64,000 nucleotides of DNA from Trypanosoma brucei (Eukaryota). The DNA lies in the NCBI GenBank assembly GCA_000002445.1, contig AL929603.2:608001-672000 (forward strand), written 5' to 3'. The first letter of the stretch is position 1. Each line of letters starts with the position of its first letter. The notes under the pieces were generated by a model. The model saw nothing but the letters and a program-made list of their open reading frames with translations, did no database searches and had not been told where the DNA came from. Both the position numbers and the translations under genes were made by a program. Below, piece after piece: positions 10,929 to 23,268 of this stretch.

Positions 10929-12470
10929 ATGCCCAACAGGCAGATCATTCAGGTATTTGAGGAATACCAAAGGGCCCGTGTCAAGTTTGTACAGACGGTG
11001 GCAGATTTTGCTTCAAAACCACAACATATTGATGCCTTGCAGCAGGCCGGTGTCATGCAACTTCTTCGGCCACTGTTATTAGATAATGTACCTTCCATTC
11101 AACAGTCCGCAGCACTTGCATTGGGAAGGCTTGCCAATTACAATGAAGAACTTGCGGAAAGTGTCGTGTCCGGTGACATACTCGCGCAATTGGTTTATTC
11201 ACTCGGTGATCAGAGCCGTTTTTACAAAAAGTCAGCAGCGTTTGTGTTACGCAGCGTGGCACGACATAATGCGCAACTGGCGCAGGCGGTGGTGGGCAGT
11301 CAAGCCGTGGAGGCCCTCGTTGGATGTTTGGAGGATTTTGACCCAACGGTGAAGGAAAGCGCCGTATGGGCGTTGGGTTATGTGGCACGACATAATGCCC
11401 ATCTCGCGCAGGAGGTTGTTGACAAGGGCGCCATTCCGCCATTGGTATTATGCGTTCAGGAGCCGGAGCTTTCACTCAAGAGGACAGCGGCTTCAACACT
11501 CGCGGATATTGCGAAACATTTACCGGAACTTGCGCAAGCGGTGGTGGATCAGGACGCGGTTACGCACCTCGCGCCACTCATTGGCAGCAATGATGGAAAA
11601 CTGAAGCGACAGGTGTGTCAGTGTCTTGCGCAGATTGCGAAGCACAGCGTGGAGTTGGCAGAGTTGGTGGTGGAGGGAGAAATATTTCCCCGTATATTTT
11701 CGCTACTGAAGGATAGCGATGAAACGGTACGCAAGAATGCCTCCACATGTATTCGGGAGGTTGCCAAACACACACCGGAGTTAGCGCAGCTTATTGTAAA
11801 TGCGGGTGGCGTTGGAGCACTCGTAGACTACACAAATGAGTCTACTGGCAGCGCACGGTTGCCGGGAATTATGACACTCGGTTACATTTCTGCATTTTCT
11901 GAGACGCTCGCTCTCGCTGTCATTGTCTCCTGTGGTATTGAGCCATTGTCTAATGCACTGGAAAAGGAACAGGAGGATCACATAAAGTCTGCGGCCGCAT
12001 GGTCACTTGGGCAAATTGGCCGTCACAGTGCTGATCATGCAAAAGCTGTGGCAGACTGTAATGTACTTCCCAAACTGCTTGACCTCTACTTACATCCCAG
12101 CAGTTCGGATGATCTCCGCATGAAAAGTAAGCGGGCGCTCAAAAATATCATTCAGCGCTGCGTACAACTCCCCGCCTTGGAGCCATTGCTCCACCCGGAA
12201 GCACCAAAGAATGTTCTCAAGTACGTCTGTGGACAGTTTGCAAAGGTGTTACCAACAGATATCGCCGCCAAACGGGAGTTCGTAGCTAACCGTGGGCTTG
12301 CAACTGTGCAGCGCATTCAACCCGAACCCGGTTCCAAACTGGCGGAGTATATTCAAAGCATCAACAACTGCTACCCACCTGAGATTGTTCAATACTACTC
12401 GCCGCAGTATGCGCAGACATTCTTGGAGAAAATAGAAAACTACCATGTCCAACAAGTGCAGCAGCATTAA
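10929..12470 (+). CDS. PF16: PF16/SPAG6 armadillo-repeat protein of the flagellar central-pair apparatus (513 aa)
   Basis: The N-terminus 'QVFEEYQRARVKFVQTVADFASKPQHIDALQQAGVMQLLRPLLLDNVPSIQQSAALALGRLANYNEELAESVV' is near-identical in pattern to Chlamydomonas PF16 / SPAG6. Repeated 'ARHNAQLAQAVV / AKHLPELAQAVV / AKHSVELAELVV / AKHTPELAQLIV' units are the characteristic ARM repeats. Confidence 0.9.
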   Translation: MPNRQIIQVFEEYQRARVKFVQTVADFASKPQHIDALQQAGVMQLLRPLLLDNVPSIQQSAALALGRLANYNEELAESVVSGDILAQLVYSLGDQSRFYKKSAAFVLRSVARHNAQLAQAVVGSQAVEALVGCLEDFDPTVKESAVWALGYVARHNAHLAQEVVDKGAIPPLVLCVQEPELSLKRTAASTLADIAKHLPELAQAVVDQDAVTHLAPLIGSNDGKLKRQVCQCLAQIAKHSVELAELVVEGEIFPRIFSLLKDSDETVRKNASTCIREVAKHTPELAQLIVNAGGVGALVDYTNESTGSARLPGIMTLGYISAFSETLALAVIVSCGIEPLSNALEKEQEDHIKSAAAWSLGQIGRHSADHAKAVADCNVLPKLLDLYLHPSSSDDLRMKSKRALKNIIQRCVQLPALEPLLHPEAPKNVLKYVCGQFAKVLPTDIAAKREFVANRGLATVQRIQPEPGSKLAEYIQSINNCYPPEIVQYYSPQYAQTFLEKIENYHVQQVQQH

Positions 12471-12533
12471 AGTTGTAAGCGCAACCATTTCCCATGCTGG
12501 GGGAAGGAGAGAGAAAAAGAAAGGAGGGATTTG

Positions 12534-12539
<6 letters not shown>

Positions 12540-12574
<35 letters not shown>

Positions 12575-12582
12575 TTCCCCTC
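12540..12582. repeat. (TA)n followed by (TG)n microsatellite
   Basis: atatatatatatat gtgtgtgtgtgtgtgtgtgtg read directly just 3' of PF16. Confidence 0.9.
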
Positions 12583-14543
12583 CCTCCCTCTGCCTTTGGT
12601 GTCATATGACTTATCCTATCCTCCCATATAAATATATTCATATATTTATTTATGTGTGTCTCTTTCTGATGATATGACTGCATGATTGTGTGTTGACAGA
12701 AAATAAGAAGAGACGGAGGAAAGTGCATATGCGTTTGTTTTATTATTTCCTTTGTCAACCAACCAATCCCCTTCCTCTTCCCCCCTTCCTCCCTCACTCT
12801 CTTCTCTTTCCTCTCTCTTTTTTTTTTTTTTCGTTGTTGTTGTTGTTGTCGTTTTTACTTTTGTTTATTTGGTTCCTCCGTCTCTTGTAGGTCCTGTGGA
12901 GTACAAACCGAATAAATAAACAAACAAACAACCGAGATGATGGAAAGAGAAGAGAGTGAGGGAGGAAGGGTGGGGAAGGGAAAACAAAAAAAAAGAGGGA
13001 GAGGAAAGAGAAACGCATGGGATTTGGAAAGTGCGCTGGTGCTGATTTGGAAACGCATAATTTTTTTTTTTTTGAAGAAAAAAAAAAAGAAATGTATATG
13101 TACAGTTTTTTTGAGGTGCAAGTAGAGAGCAGGGCGGCAGCGGTGCAAAAGATGTGTTGGGTTTTCGTTTTGTTCGGTTTCATTGTTGTTGTTGTTGTTG
13201 TTTCTGTTGTGTTTTTGTTTTGTTTTTTATTTTCGTTTACTCTTTTCTCTTTTCTCTTTTCGCTTCATTCATTCATTTTTTTTTTTTTGACTGCAGGGCG
13301 CTCGTAATCAACCTCAGCAACAAATATCAACAAAAAAAACGCATTTATACTTATATACTTTTTTGTTTATATTTTTACACGTATATTACGTGTGTGCTGT
13401 ACGATGTGAGACTTTTTCTTTTTTCTTTTTTCTTTTTACCCGTTACGCAGCCTTCCCTTTACGGTCTGCAAAAAAAAAAAAGTACATATATATATATATA
13501 TATGAAATATGAAGGCTTGAAAGAAGGTAAAAAAAAAAAAAGTATCATGACAAAATACATTCATGCCTGCATATATTTACAAATATATGTTTGTGTGTTT
13601 GTTTGTTTGTTTGTTTGCTTGAGGTTGTAATAAATATGTAAAATTGCAAAAAAAAAAAAGTATGTGATTGAGTTCATGGGAATGAAAGATGTTGAAGTGA
13701 AATGAGGTCTTTCATCGTGTTCCTCACATGTACATGTGTGGGGGGGGAAAAAAAAAGAAAAGAGGGGAAGAGGTAATGGGGTTCAGGGAAACGGGAAAAG
13801 GAAGAAAAAAAAGAAAAAGAAAACGAAAACGGACAAATAACAACAACGACGACCAAAACCAAAACATGAAAACAATAAAGAAAAAAGAAAAGAAAAGAAA
13901 AGAAAAGAAAAACACCGCTTCACCCCGTCGCTGCCTCCTTGGCAACGTCTTTTCATTAATTATCTCCTCGCCATTTTATTTTTTGTTTGTTTGTTTGAGG
14001 TTGGGTTTCCTCAACCGTCATGATGTAAAATGCAAAAAAAAAAGGAATTGGCTTCGAATTAGCCTGAAATCTCAACAAATCTCTCTTTTTCGTCTTCTCT
14101 TCCCTTTTTTTTTCTCTCTTCTTCTTCTCTCGGTTTAATGAATGTTACGTCTCTTATCTTTAAATTTGCGGTAGGAGAATGCCTTTACCGAATTTAGATT
14201 AAAGAAAAAAATATCAAAGTCTGGGAAGGCGAACAAAAACAAAAACAAAAAAGAACAAAAGGAGTGCGTGCCCCCCCCCTTTTTTTTTTCCGCTTTTGAG
14301 GGAAGGGGCACCATTTAAAAAAAAAATAAGTAAAATAAGAAAATAAGCGCAGGTTCGTATCATTGTATTCACATATATATATATATATAGATATATATAT
14401 ATAGATATATCATATTGATTTAGTCGTTGGTTTGTTTGTTTGTTCGCTCGTCACATTATTCAGGGGTATTATTGTTTAGTAAAGCGGTGTGTCCCTTCCA
14501 TATCTTTTATCATCAGACATTTGTCATTTATTTTCATATTTAT

Positions 14544-15776
14544 ATGGAACAGTGCTGCGGGGCGGCCGCGATCACGGATGCTGTGGATTTGAGGGATGTT
14601 ATAACATCCAGCAGGAAGCGGCGACGCGTGGATGTGGGCGAGTGTGAGGAATTGTGGCAGCAAATAAACAAAATACTTCAAGAGACCTTCACTGAACCTC
14701 AAATGGTGGTGCAGAGAAATGAAAAGGAAATGGATACCATAACTGTTACGATTCTCGCACAGTTGTATCGTGTCTTACGCGATTGTTGGTGCTTCAGTGG
14801 AGATCCTTATGATCTGTTTGAACCTGTGACGAATTTGCACGACGTAACGAAAAGAGTCCTGATGACAAGCGGGGGTTATGTGCTGACGCCTGATTCGCAA
14901 AATCTCCTTCTCGGAAGTGATGCAAACATGGCGTATGTTGGAATCCTCCTTTCGAGGGTTTATCGAGTACTGGTGGGATTTGGGCACCTTCATTGCATCC
15001 CACCTGAAGATGCGGGAATAACAAATCTAGAAAATGAGGTGTGTATTGTGCTGAGAAATCGCCAAGGCCTCACTGGTGTTGAAAGTGATTTGATAAAAGA
15101 AATATGCTCTACCCTTCGGTCGCAACTGCAGGACCCCACAGGCACAGCAGTGGCATTGTTTGAAGAATGGCCGCTACTTGAAACCAGCGAATTCGCTCGA
15201 CTTGTGGCAGACTTCAACATGAAGTTTATCGAATTCCTTCCATTCCTGCCGACGGAAGGAAGTGGAGGGGCGGCCTTTTGCTTAATTCCAAGTAATAATT
15301 ATGACACGGTGTGGGGTCGCGTTGTGAGCTGTGGAAGTTGTTGGGTAGCGGGAAAGATGTGTGCGCAGTCGTTTCTTGTGAGCCCCAGTGGGCCATTAAT
15401 TGTACATTTATTGAGGTGTCAGCGGAAGGACGGAATTCCATATGATGGCGGTGCTCATGTGACGGTGTCCGGCAACGAAGATGAAGTGATTCTGAGAGAA
15501 TGGCTCCGTCAACGCCTGTGGACGCCACAACCTACCGTTATAGTTCAATGGTGGAGAGCAAATGTTTTATCTTCATGTGTTGACTTTCCATCCTCATTAA
15601 TAAGTGAAGTTGATAATGGACCTGGGAATCATAAGTTTGAGCGGTGCTGGCCGCAGTTCATTGATGGCGCAGCGGACTGCTTGCCTGCAGTTTGGGTGCG
15701 TGGGTTGCAAGTCGTTTCAAGTGTTAAGGTTGATGTTGAGTGTTGTGTGTGTCGTATGGTGTCGTGTCCGTGGTAA
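14544..15776 (+). CDS. hypothetical protein (~410 aa), no recognisable domain
   Basis: The ORF track gives 14427-15776. The first 39 codons overlap a T-rich pyrimidine tract, so the ATG at 14544 ('MEQCCGAAAIT') is the more likely start. The ORF is long and non-repetitive with coding-like composition. Confidence 0.5.
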   Translation: MEQCCGAAAITDAVDLRDVITSSRKRRRVDVGECEELWQQINKILQETFTEPQMVVQRNEKEMDTITVTILAQLYRVLRDCWCFSGDPYDLFEPVTNLHDVTKRVLMTSGGYVLTPDSQNLLLGSDANMAYVGILLSRVYRVLVGFGHLHCIPPEDAGITNLENEVCIVLRNRQGLTGVESDLIKEICSTLRSQLQDPTGTAVALFEEWPLLETSEFARLVADFNMKFIEFLPFLPTEGSGGAAFCLIPSNNYDTVWGRVVSCGSCWVAGKMCAQSFLVSPSGPLIVHLLRCQRKDGIPYDGGAHVTVSGNEDEVILREWLRQRLWTPQPTVIVQWWRANVLSSCVDFPSSLISEVDNGPGNHKFERCWPQFIDGAADCLPAVWVRGLQVVSSVKVDVECCVCRMVSCPW

Positions 15777-16699
15777 TGTTAAAGCGAAGGAACTTCCACT
15801 ACACCAAGTTTGATACAACTGCGGTGTGGTGGTTTTATCTCTTGAATTTACTTTACACGGGAAATGAGGGGACGGGGGGGAACCTTCCGATACATTTGCA
15901 CTATTTGGATATCCCACCACCACCCACGCGTGTTTTCCACACAGAAGAAAATTTTACATCTCTCTCTATTATTATTTTTTTTTCACCGTTTGCCTCCTCC
16001 TCCTCCCTGCCTGCCTGCCTGCCTGCACATATACTCACTAGCACATACATTTATTTGTTTGTTTACATATATATATATTCCTTACATCTTTCCCTTTTCC
16101 TTTTTTTTTTTTTGATTTTATCTCCTTTTATACAAACGACTTGTTGATCAATTGATTCAGCGTGTAAGCAAAGGGAACGAGGGGTTGGAAATTGGTTACA
16201 AGGGTCTTTTTTTTTTTGTTTTTTTCCTTTTTCTTTTTCTTTTTTTCAGTAGTTTACAGAAGGGTTGTCGCAGTTGCGGCCCAGCGGACAAGCTGGTGTT
16301 TCGCCCTGATCCGTAAAAGGTTCTAAAAAGTAGAGAGAATTGTACCGTTTCACACTTATTTATCCCTAGGCAGCAGCATAATTTAAGAATTTTTTGCCTT
16401 GTAAAAAAGAAAAAAAAAGAGAGAAGAGAGTGATAGTGATAGTGGCCTTGCGCACAGGCACGGAAGTTCAGAAGAAGCACAATTTCTTTTTTTTGTTTTG
16501 TTTTGTTTTTTTAAGAGTTTTGTACGAAAGATTAATAGAGCAGCTCGGGTCCCACGTACTGCGGGTCTAGATTTTATATCTATCTACCTATATATATATA
16601 TATTATTTATAACATTGAGGTCATATACCCTACCCATTTTTCACCTCCAGGGAGTGTGAAATTATTAGAAGGGTAGCGCGGCGGGCACGAAGTCATAGA

Positions 16700-18841
16700 A
16701 TGGACTCGCTACGCTCGCTTCCCGCGCATCCGCCTATTCGTAGCAGCAAAGAACGAGAAAAAGGTTTGCGGCGGCTACGAGTTATTGCATGTGGCATCGA
16801 AATTGACATCCCTGCAGAGGGTGAAACTTCAGTGAGGGCACTTATGCGAGCCGTCGTTTCGTTGGCATTTCCCGACCGCCGCTCTCATGGAACACATTGT
16901 TGCCTTTTCCATGGCGACAGAGCGCTACCGGAGTCAACACGAGTAGCTGAATTGCCTCCCAATGCGGTGTTGCATCTTCATTTTGTTGCAGATGGACTCG
17001 GCACGGGAATCACTCGTTCTGAGGAGCGGGATGCGGTGCCGTACACACACACTGTCCCTGGCGCAAACCGTGGCATTCTCCGTCATTCCGCCTCACCTGT
17101 GATGCTCTCACCACTTGACACAATACAACTGCAGCAGCGTGGAGGTTCTTATGATGGGCCGCGTATGCCAAATCGCATTAGTAGTGGCCCCAGTAGCACT
17201 TCACCAATGCCAAACCCTTTGCGTAGGTATGGACAGTGGCAACAACGGAATATAGGTCTTACGGCATCCGCTACAATGATGGGGAGTTCCACTGATGCAG
17301 GGACGGGAAGCCGTGCAACACTTCCTCTGCCTATGGGTTCTTACCCACGCTTGCGAAGGGAATACCAAACAACAAGCCCCGCAAGGGACCAATTGACCAC
17401 AGATGGAAGCAGAATTAGTATCACTGTCATGCTCTTAAAGCGAAACACAACTGAGGATAAGGATAACGCCAAGGGGGATGACCAACAGGCGACATCAGTC
17501 ACGTCGCTTGAGTGTGGCAGCGGTGGAGCAAGTTCCAGTGACGGAACTGTGGCGTATCGCCGTCTGCGTGTGGAAAGTGACTATCCCGTGGGAACACTGC
17601 GGGAATTCTTTGGAATAACCTCAGATTATTGTATTTACTTGGGTGAAACTGCCATTAAAGATGACAGGGCGCCATTCGGCTCGTTGCAAGGGGTGTCCAC
17701 GCAAACATTTAGCTTTCGTCCATACCCTACCGCTCGTGCAGGCTTGAGTCTTGCAACCACTAGTGTCAACGTGGCGCACACGAACGCGGGGAAGGCGAAA
17801 TCTAAAGTCGGTGAAGGCAAAGACAAAACCACCAAAAGCGTTAACAGTAACCTCTTAAGCAGCAGTAGCCCCAGTGGTGTGGGGAAAACCAAGTCGGAGT
17901 TGGATGAAACGAAGGAAAAGGAGAAGGAGAAGGTGGAGGTGGAGGTGGCAGCGGAAAAGGAAAAGGAAAAGGAAACTAGAAGTGAAACTGTAGAATATAT
18001 GAAGTTGAATGCAGTACCTGTTACGGATGTAAATAGCATCGGCGACAGCGACGGTGGTGGTGGTGGTGGTGGTGGTGTGAGTAGTGAAGGCCAACAGAAG
18101 AAACACAAGAAATGTGTCACCGCAGAGGGGCCCGAGTCAGTGGGTAAGGCCGGCAACTGTGAATGTTCAAGTAATGATGGCAATGCATCAACGGTAGGGG
18201 ACCCCCTTGAAACAACAATGCCTTTCGAGTCCCCATCAAAAGCCACGCGTAGCCGTCTTGCCGCGGAGGCATTGTTGTCTCAAACCCATCCGGGACCATT
18301 TTTGGGTAGTGGTGACGCTTTAAGTAAAGCGAGGAGTTTGGTCCGTGCAGAACTCATGGGAGAACCCCCGTTACATGAATTTGGTTCGTTGTCATTTGGT
18401 GCAGGGTTGGGGAGGAGATTCGGCGGTGGAAGAGTTGAGGCGGGGGGCGTACGTTTGGCTTTGCGACCCCATTCGTTAGCGCCGTTGGAAACCTCTGGGG
18501 ATGTGCGGGGTTGGCGAGAGGAGGGACAAACTCAACATCATTACGGAACCGTAACCATCACGCCACCAACGCCTACGGAACGGGGAACTGTTGTTGTGCC
18601 CGTCCCTCCACTACGTCCAGTAGATGTTTTAGTGGACGATACCAACGTGAAGGGTCATCACACATTGGCACCTTTAAGTGGAGTGTCACATCCCGTTTCT
18701 ATTCTTTCATCGGGTCTCATGCAAAGGCATCGTCGGAATGTTGTTGGTAGCGGCCCCGTTATTGTAGAGGAGAAGCAGCAAAACAATACTGTAAGCCAAC
18801 AAACCCCACCTTCTGTAGATCCAACAAAAGAAAAAAATTAA
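16700..18841 (+). CDS. hypothetical protein, 713 aa, S/G/K/E-rich with internal KEKEKE and Gly8 tracts
   Basis: The long ORF has non-repetitive N-terminal ~250 aa and C-terminal ~200 aa. It contains no overlapping alternative-frame ORFs of comparable length and no recognisable catalytic motifs. Confidence 0.5.
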   Translation: MDSLRSLPAHPPIRSSKEREKGLRRLRVIACGIEIDIPAEGETSVRALMRAVVSLAFPDRRSHGTHCCLFHGDRALPESTRVAELPPNAVLHLHFVADGLGTGITRSEERDAVPYTHTVPGANRGILRHSASPVMLSPLDTIQLQQRGGSYDGPRMPNRISSGPSSTSPMPNPLRRYGQWQQRNIGLTASATMMGSSTDAGTGSRATLPLPMGSYPRLRREYQTTSPARDQLTTDGSRISITVMLLKRNTTEDKDNAKGDDQQATSVTSLECGSGGASSSDGTVAYRRLRVESDYPVGTLREFFGITSDYCIYLGETAIKDDRAPFGSLQGVSTQTFSFRPYPTARAGLSLATTSVNVAHTNAGKAKSKVGEGKDKTTKSVNSNLLSSSSPSGVGKTKSELDETKEKEKEKVEVEVAAEKEKEKETRSETVEYMKLNAVPVTDVNSIGDSDGGGGGGGGVSSEGQQKKHKKCVTAEGPESVGKAGNCECSSNDGNASTVGDPLETTMPFESPSKATRSRLAAEALLSQTHPGPFLGSGDALSKARSLVRAELMGEPPLHEFGSLSFGAGLGRRFGGGRVEAGGVRLALRPHSLAPLETSGDVRGWREEGQTQHHYGTVTITPPTPTERGTVVVPVPPLRPVDVLVDDTNVKGHHTLAPLSGVSHPVSILSSGLMQRHRRNVVGSGPVIVEEKQQNNTVSQQTPPSVDPTKEKN

Positions 18842-19244
18842 TAACATGAAGTCATGATGCATGTGAGTTAAGAGGAATCGGGTGGAGAGATAAAATGCGT
18901 GTGTGCGTTACATTTCCTCGCAACTATTCCGATCCTCACGCAGCAGTTGCAGCATCCTTCCTACCTCCTCTCTCTTTTTTTTTGTACTCATGGTTTAGTT
19001 TCCTTTATATAATACTGCACATGGTTGTCGTGCGGTGTTGTTTCGTTTGTTTGTTTGTTTTCTGTTTATTATTATATATGTATGTTTGGGCGTGTTGTTG
19101 TTGTTGTTGTTGTTGTTTTTCTTTCATTTTCAATCCTCTCACACAAATTTACACCAATCGGTTGCAGACGCCAGTGACCCTGTGCCAAAAGACAAATATA
19201 AATTAAAATATGAAAACCTGACAGCGTGGCGCAACATCGGGCGC

Positions 19245-19279
<35 letters not shown>

Positions 19280-20873
19280 TATATTACAATGTGGTTTTGG
19301 AAGGTGCAGGGAAATGTGTGTGTTCACCAATGGTGTAGTAGTCCCTCACTTCGTTATTATAGCCGCAATGATGATGATGATAATAATAATAATAGCAATA
19401 ATAACGAAGCAAATGGAATGAGAATAGGTGTGTGCTTTTTTTTTCTTTTTTTTTTGAAACAGGAAATGAGGACGAAAGATTTTTTTGGAGGCAAATGAAA
19501 AAAAGAAAGTGGGGGAAGTAGAAAAGTGGGGAAATGTGTGAAGTTAATTTAGATACGCAAGTGGGAAACGGAAGATGGAAATGTTGCCGTGAGTTTTGTT
19601 GTTGCTGAGTTTTTGTTTTCTTTTTTTTTTCTCCCTCAAACGCCAACAGCAGCGGTTTGTTTTACCTCCTCTTCCTCCCGCTTATCATTTATTAATTTCA
19701 TCTTTTTTGTCCTTTTTTGTTCTTCGTCTGTTTTTTTTTGTTAATTTTATTGTTCACCGCAGTTACTGCTTGACTTCCACGGGTGAACAATCTCACTCCA
19801 CAGAAACACACGTTCCTTTTTTTTTTATTAAAAAGGACGGGCGTTGTTTTGTTTTTTTTTGTCTCTTTCCTTCATTCAAAAAGCCGAAAAAAAAAAAAAG
19901 AGAACTGTTCACAACTTTCAGGTGGACTAGACTTCATCTTCCGTATGCATTACTAAAACTACAACTTCCCTGCGCCCGAAACCAGATTCCCTTTTTTATT
20001 TTTATTTTGTCTTATTTTCTTCTTGTTGCCATGCTTTACATTATTAAATTCATTGGCCGCTTCCTCGCGATGTGCTGTCCACGTACTGCCGTCGAACAAT
20101 TTGCATACCTCATTTTCTTTCTTTCTTTACCACATATTTATAAATAAATATATGCTTCCCGCATTTCCCATTCCCTTTTGTGTTGTTGTTGTTGTTTTTG
20201 AATCATTCAAACAACTCCATATATATATATATATATATATATATATGCTTACTTAGTTGTTTAATTGTACATGTGTTTGTGTTTTTGTTTGTATGCGGGT
20301 GTGCGTGCAATTTTTTCCCTTGCATGTGTTTAGGAAGCGCTGATGATAATATGATGATGTTGAACATGTTTCTGCTACTATTCTTCAATCCGTATTTCTG
20401 TTATTATTTGTTCTTTTTATGTCCATCTGCCTTCTTTTTTTTTTGTTTAACTTCTTCTTTTCTTTGTATTTCATGCTACTATTCTTTCATTCATTCGTTC
20501 CATTATTTTCTCTTCTTTATGCACCTGCTAGATCAAAAGAGGGAAGGGAATAAGAGAAAAAAAAAGAATAAGGCGGTTAAATATAGTCAATAGGAAGGAA
20601 CAGAAGGCGTGCAAAAAAAAAAAAAAAGAGGAAACGCGCCACACACATACACACATAAACACACAAAACCCCGTAGTCTGGCCCTACCGTCATTTTGTTC
20701 TTCTTTTTTCTTTTTTTCTTTTGTCTATTGTTGTTGTTGTTGTTGTTGTTTTTAAATTTGGTATTTTTTTTGTTGTTATTTCTGTCGCGTGTGTTTCCCT
20801 CCCTTCCCCCTCCACAAACACACACACATACATACACGCAAGCACACAAATACCACCGCCGTCGGTTAACATT

Positions 20874-21938
20874 ATGTTTAGATTGTCATTTGCCGCATTC
20901 ACATCGGTAGCGGCAGGTAGCCGGAGTGTGGGATGCTCCACTACATTTAGCACAACAACATCAGCGGCAGCATCATCATCATCATCAGCAGCAGCAGCAA
21001 CGGGAAAAGAGGCATATGAAGCTTTGATGAAATTTCTCACCTCCAGTGGAGCTACTTTTGAAGGCGTGGCGGTACGACCGAGTGCTGAACAGTGCCGTGG
21101 CCTCATCGCAACACAAACCTTCCGTGAAGGCACAACAATTCTTTCAGTGCCCATGACAACTCTCTCCATTACAGCAGATCGATTGCTCAATACGGATTTT
21201 ATACGATCGCTCAACCCTCCCACACGCGATGATGTGCGGCGACTTCTCATGGCGCGTGGTGTTAATGATCCCGTGTTATGCGATCAGGTGCATTTGGCAC
21301 TTCTTGTCGCAGGTGAGAGAATTAATGTACACTCGCCATTTGCTCCATACTTTGATGTTTTACCATATCCAGCCATAGATGATACGGCAGTAATACAACG
21401 TTACAAAGATGTGTTGGACCCAACGCAATTGTTGGAGTGGGATGATCACCAACGTGACTGGGTGACGGTACTCCGAGCCTTAACGGATCAATGGGGAAAT
21501 GCAGGTCCACCAGTTGAAGTGTGTTATTGGGCTTGGAGAACTGTTCTTAGTCGAATGCATATGTTACCGGACAGGGGACTCGCACCAGCAGATGTGGGAT
21601 CAAGTTTACATTACTCCGCACTCGCCACATATGGCCGAGCTGAGCGACAAACTCGCATTATGAAACGACTTCGCGCCACCATCGGTGCGGTGTTTGGTAG
21701 TGATGGCGTGGCGGAGGATTATCGTCTTGTTCCCACATTACTTCCGTTACTTGATATGGTGGATCATTTACCTTCCAGTAATGTAAGCGTTGAGGTGCAA
21801 CCACGGGGTGATAGAGGGAGTTGTGGTGAATTGCAGGCATTGCGAGAAATACAAGCGGGGGAACATATTGGTTTTAGTTTTAACCGCTCGCAGGGAATTC
21901 CTTTCACGCTTTATCGCTTTGGGTTTCTGCCTCTATAG
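20874..21938 (+). CDS. SET-domain protein (putative protein-lysine methyltransferase, SETD6/Rubisco-LSMT-like), ~354 aa
   Basis: 'VRPSAEQCRGLIATQTFREGTTILSVPMTTLSI' matches the SET N-terminal motif (e.g. 'RGLVATRDIKAGEVILSVP'). C-terminal 'LLPLLDMVDHLPSSN...GEHIGFSF' resembles the post-SET/substrate-binding region of the LSMT family. The ORF track starts at 20721, but its first 51 codons translate a poly-T/poly-Y spacer, so the start at M(20874) is preferred. Confidence 0.55.
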   Translation: MFRLSFAAFTSVAAGSRSVGCSTTFSTTTSAAASSSSSAAAATGKEAYEALMKFLTSSGATFEGVAVRPSAEQCRGLIATQTFREGTTILSVPMTTLSITADRLLNTDFIRSLNPPTRDDVRRLLMARGVNDPVLCDQVHLALLVAGERINVHSPFAPYFDVLPYPAIDDTAVIQRYKDVLDPTQLLEWDDHQRDWVTVLRALTDQWGNAGPPVEVCYWAWRTVLSRMHMLPDRGLAPADVGSSLHYSALATYGRAERQTRIMKRLRATIGAVFGSDGVAEDYRLVPTLLPLLDMVDHLPSSNVSVEVQPRGDRGSCGELQALREIQAGEHIGFSFNRSQGIPFTLYRFGFLPL

Positions 21939-23268
21939 TATTGGAAAAAAAACAAACAAACAAAAAAGGAAAAAGGAAAAAGGAAATGAAAAAGAAAAAA
22001 GAATAACAGGAAGAGGAAGAAGAAAAAAAAGGGTAGAAAGGATTAGGATAAGGATAAGGAGCAAACAAACATACAAACAAGCAAGCAATGTAAATATTAT
22101 AGTTGAAAAGTTTAGATAAATAGAATGGAGTGAGGTTGAGGGAATTTGTGGTGTACAGTAATTAAAAGAAAGAGGAGGTGTACGGTTTTGTGAAGCAGAG
22201 GGGGGAAAACGGAAAATTAAAAAAAAAAGAGGTGAGATGTTTCATGTAAGCCGCGGCTGTGCGGCTCTTGTCGTACATTCACCCACCTATTCGTTGATGA
22301 TGCTGCTATTGTTTGTTTTGTTGTTGTTTTGCTTTATTTTTTATTGTTATTATATTATTATTTTTATATTTATTTTTTTTTGACGAGTACGCCGCCCCTT
22401 TTTTTTGTGTGTGTGATCGTCATCTTTTCCCTCTCCACTGAAAGAAAAAAAAACCATAGGCGCTTTCGCCTCGCGATGGCGTTTCTCTTCCATAGAAGCA
22501 CCACAGCAGATATTGTTTATTCCATTTATTTACCAACAGTCGTCTTGTTTTGTTTTGTTTTGTTTTTCTTTTCCTTTTCCTTTTTTTTTACAAAAAAGAA
22601 AAGTTTTGTTTTATTTTGCCACGTTTTAGATCTTCTATAGAAAAGAACAGAAAAAATTTTTTAATATATAAACATATATACATCCTTACTAAAATAAAAA
22701 TGCGTAACTGATTGAATGGTTATGATGGTAAGGGACTTTTAGGAACTGAATCGTTGCCTCCTGTGGGCGGCCGGTTAGTCCGGTTGTTTTTTTCCGCCAT
22801 TTGCGTATCATGAGAGGAAATGACGGCAATTCGTCGCGGATCCCCACAGGCGCTTTTGTTACTTTGGCTGAATGAAGCTACTATTACTATTATTGTTATT
22901 GTTATTGTTGCCTTTTATGTTTTTTTTTGTTTTTTAATATCTTGTTTTGTTGTTGTTTTTGGGTTCGGCATCCTTTTTTTCTCACCTTCTTCCCCTCCTC
23001 CCTTCCTCTTATATCCTCCTATACATCTAAAAATAAAAATAAAATAAATAATAGCAGAGGTGGAGAATAAAAGGGAAAGTGAACAAAGTAGAGAAGGAGC
23101 ACCGAGACAAGTGTGCGTCATCACGTGGCGTTTAGAGTTTACGGAAAGATTTACATACATGCCAGTCAGCAAAGGCGGTTTGAGTACTAAAAGGTGTGTG
23201 TTCATACATCCTTGTACTTTCCTCACATCTATATATATATATATATATATCTGTAGATATATATAAAT

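Noticed and set aside
22690-22770. Possible C/D-box snoRNA-like element ('...atgatgg...ctga...') in the spacer before the lipase gene
   Set aside because: The C box is imperfect (tgatgg, not tgatga). There is no clear D'/C' pair or terminal stem. Kinetoplastid snoRNAs occur in reiterated clusters, which this is not. It cannot be supported without a covariance-model search.
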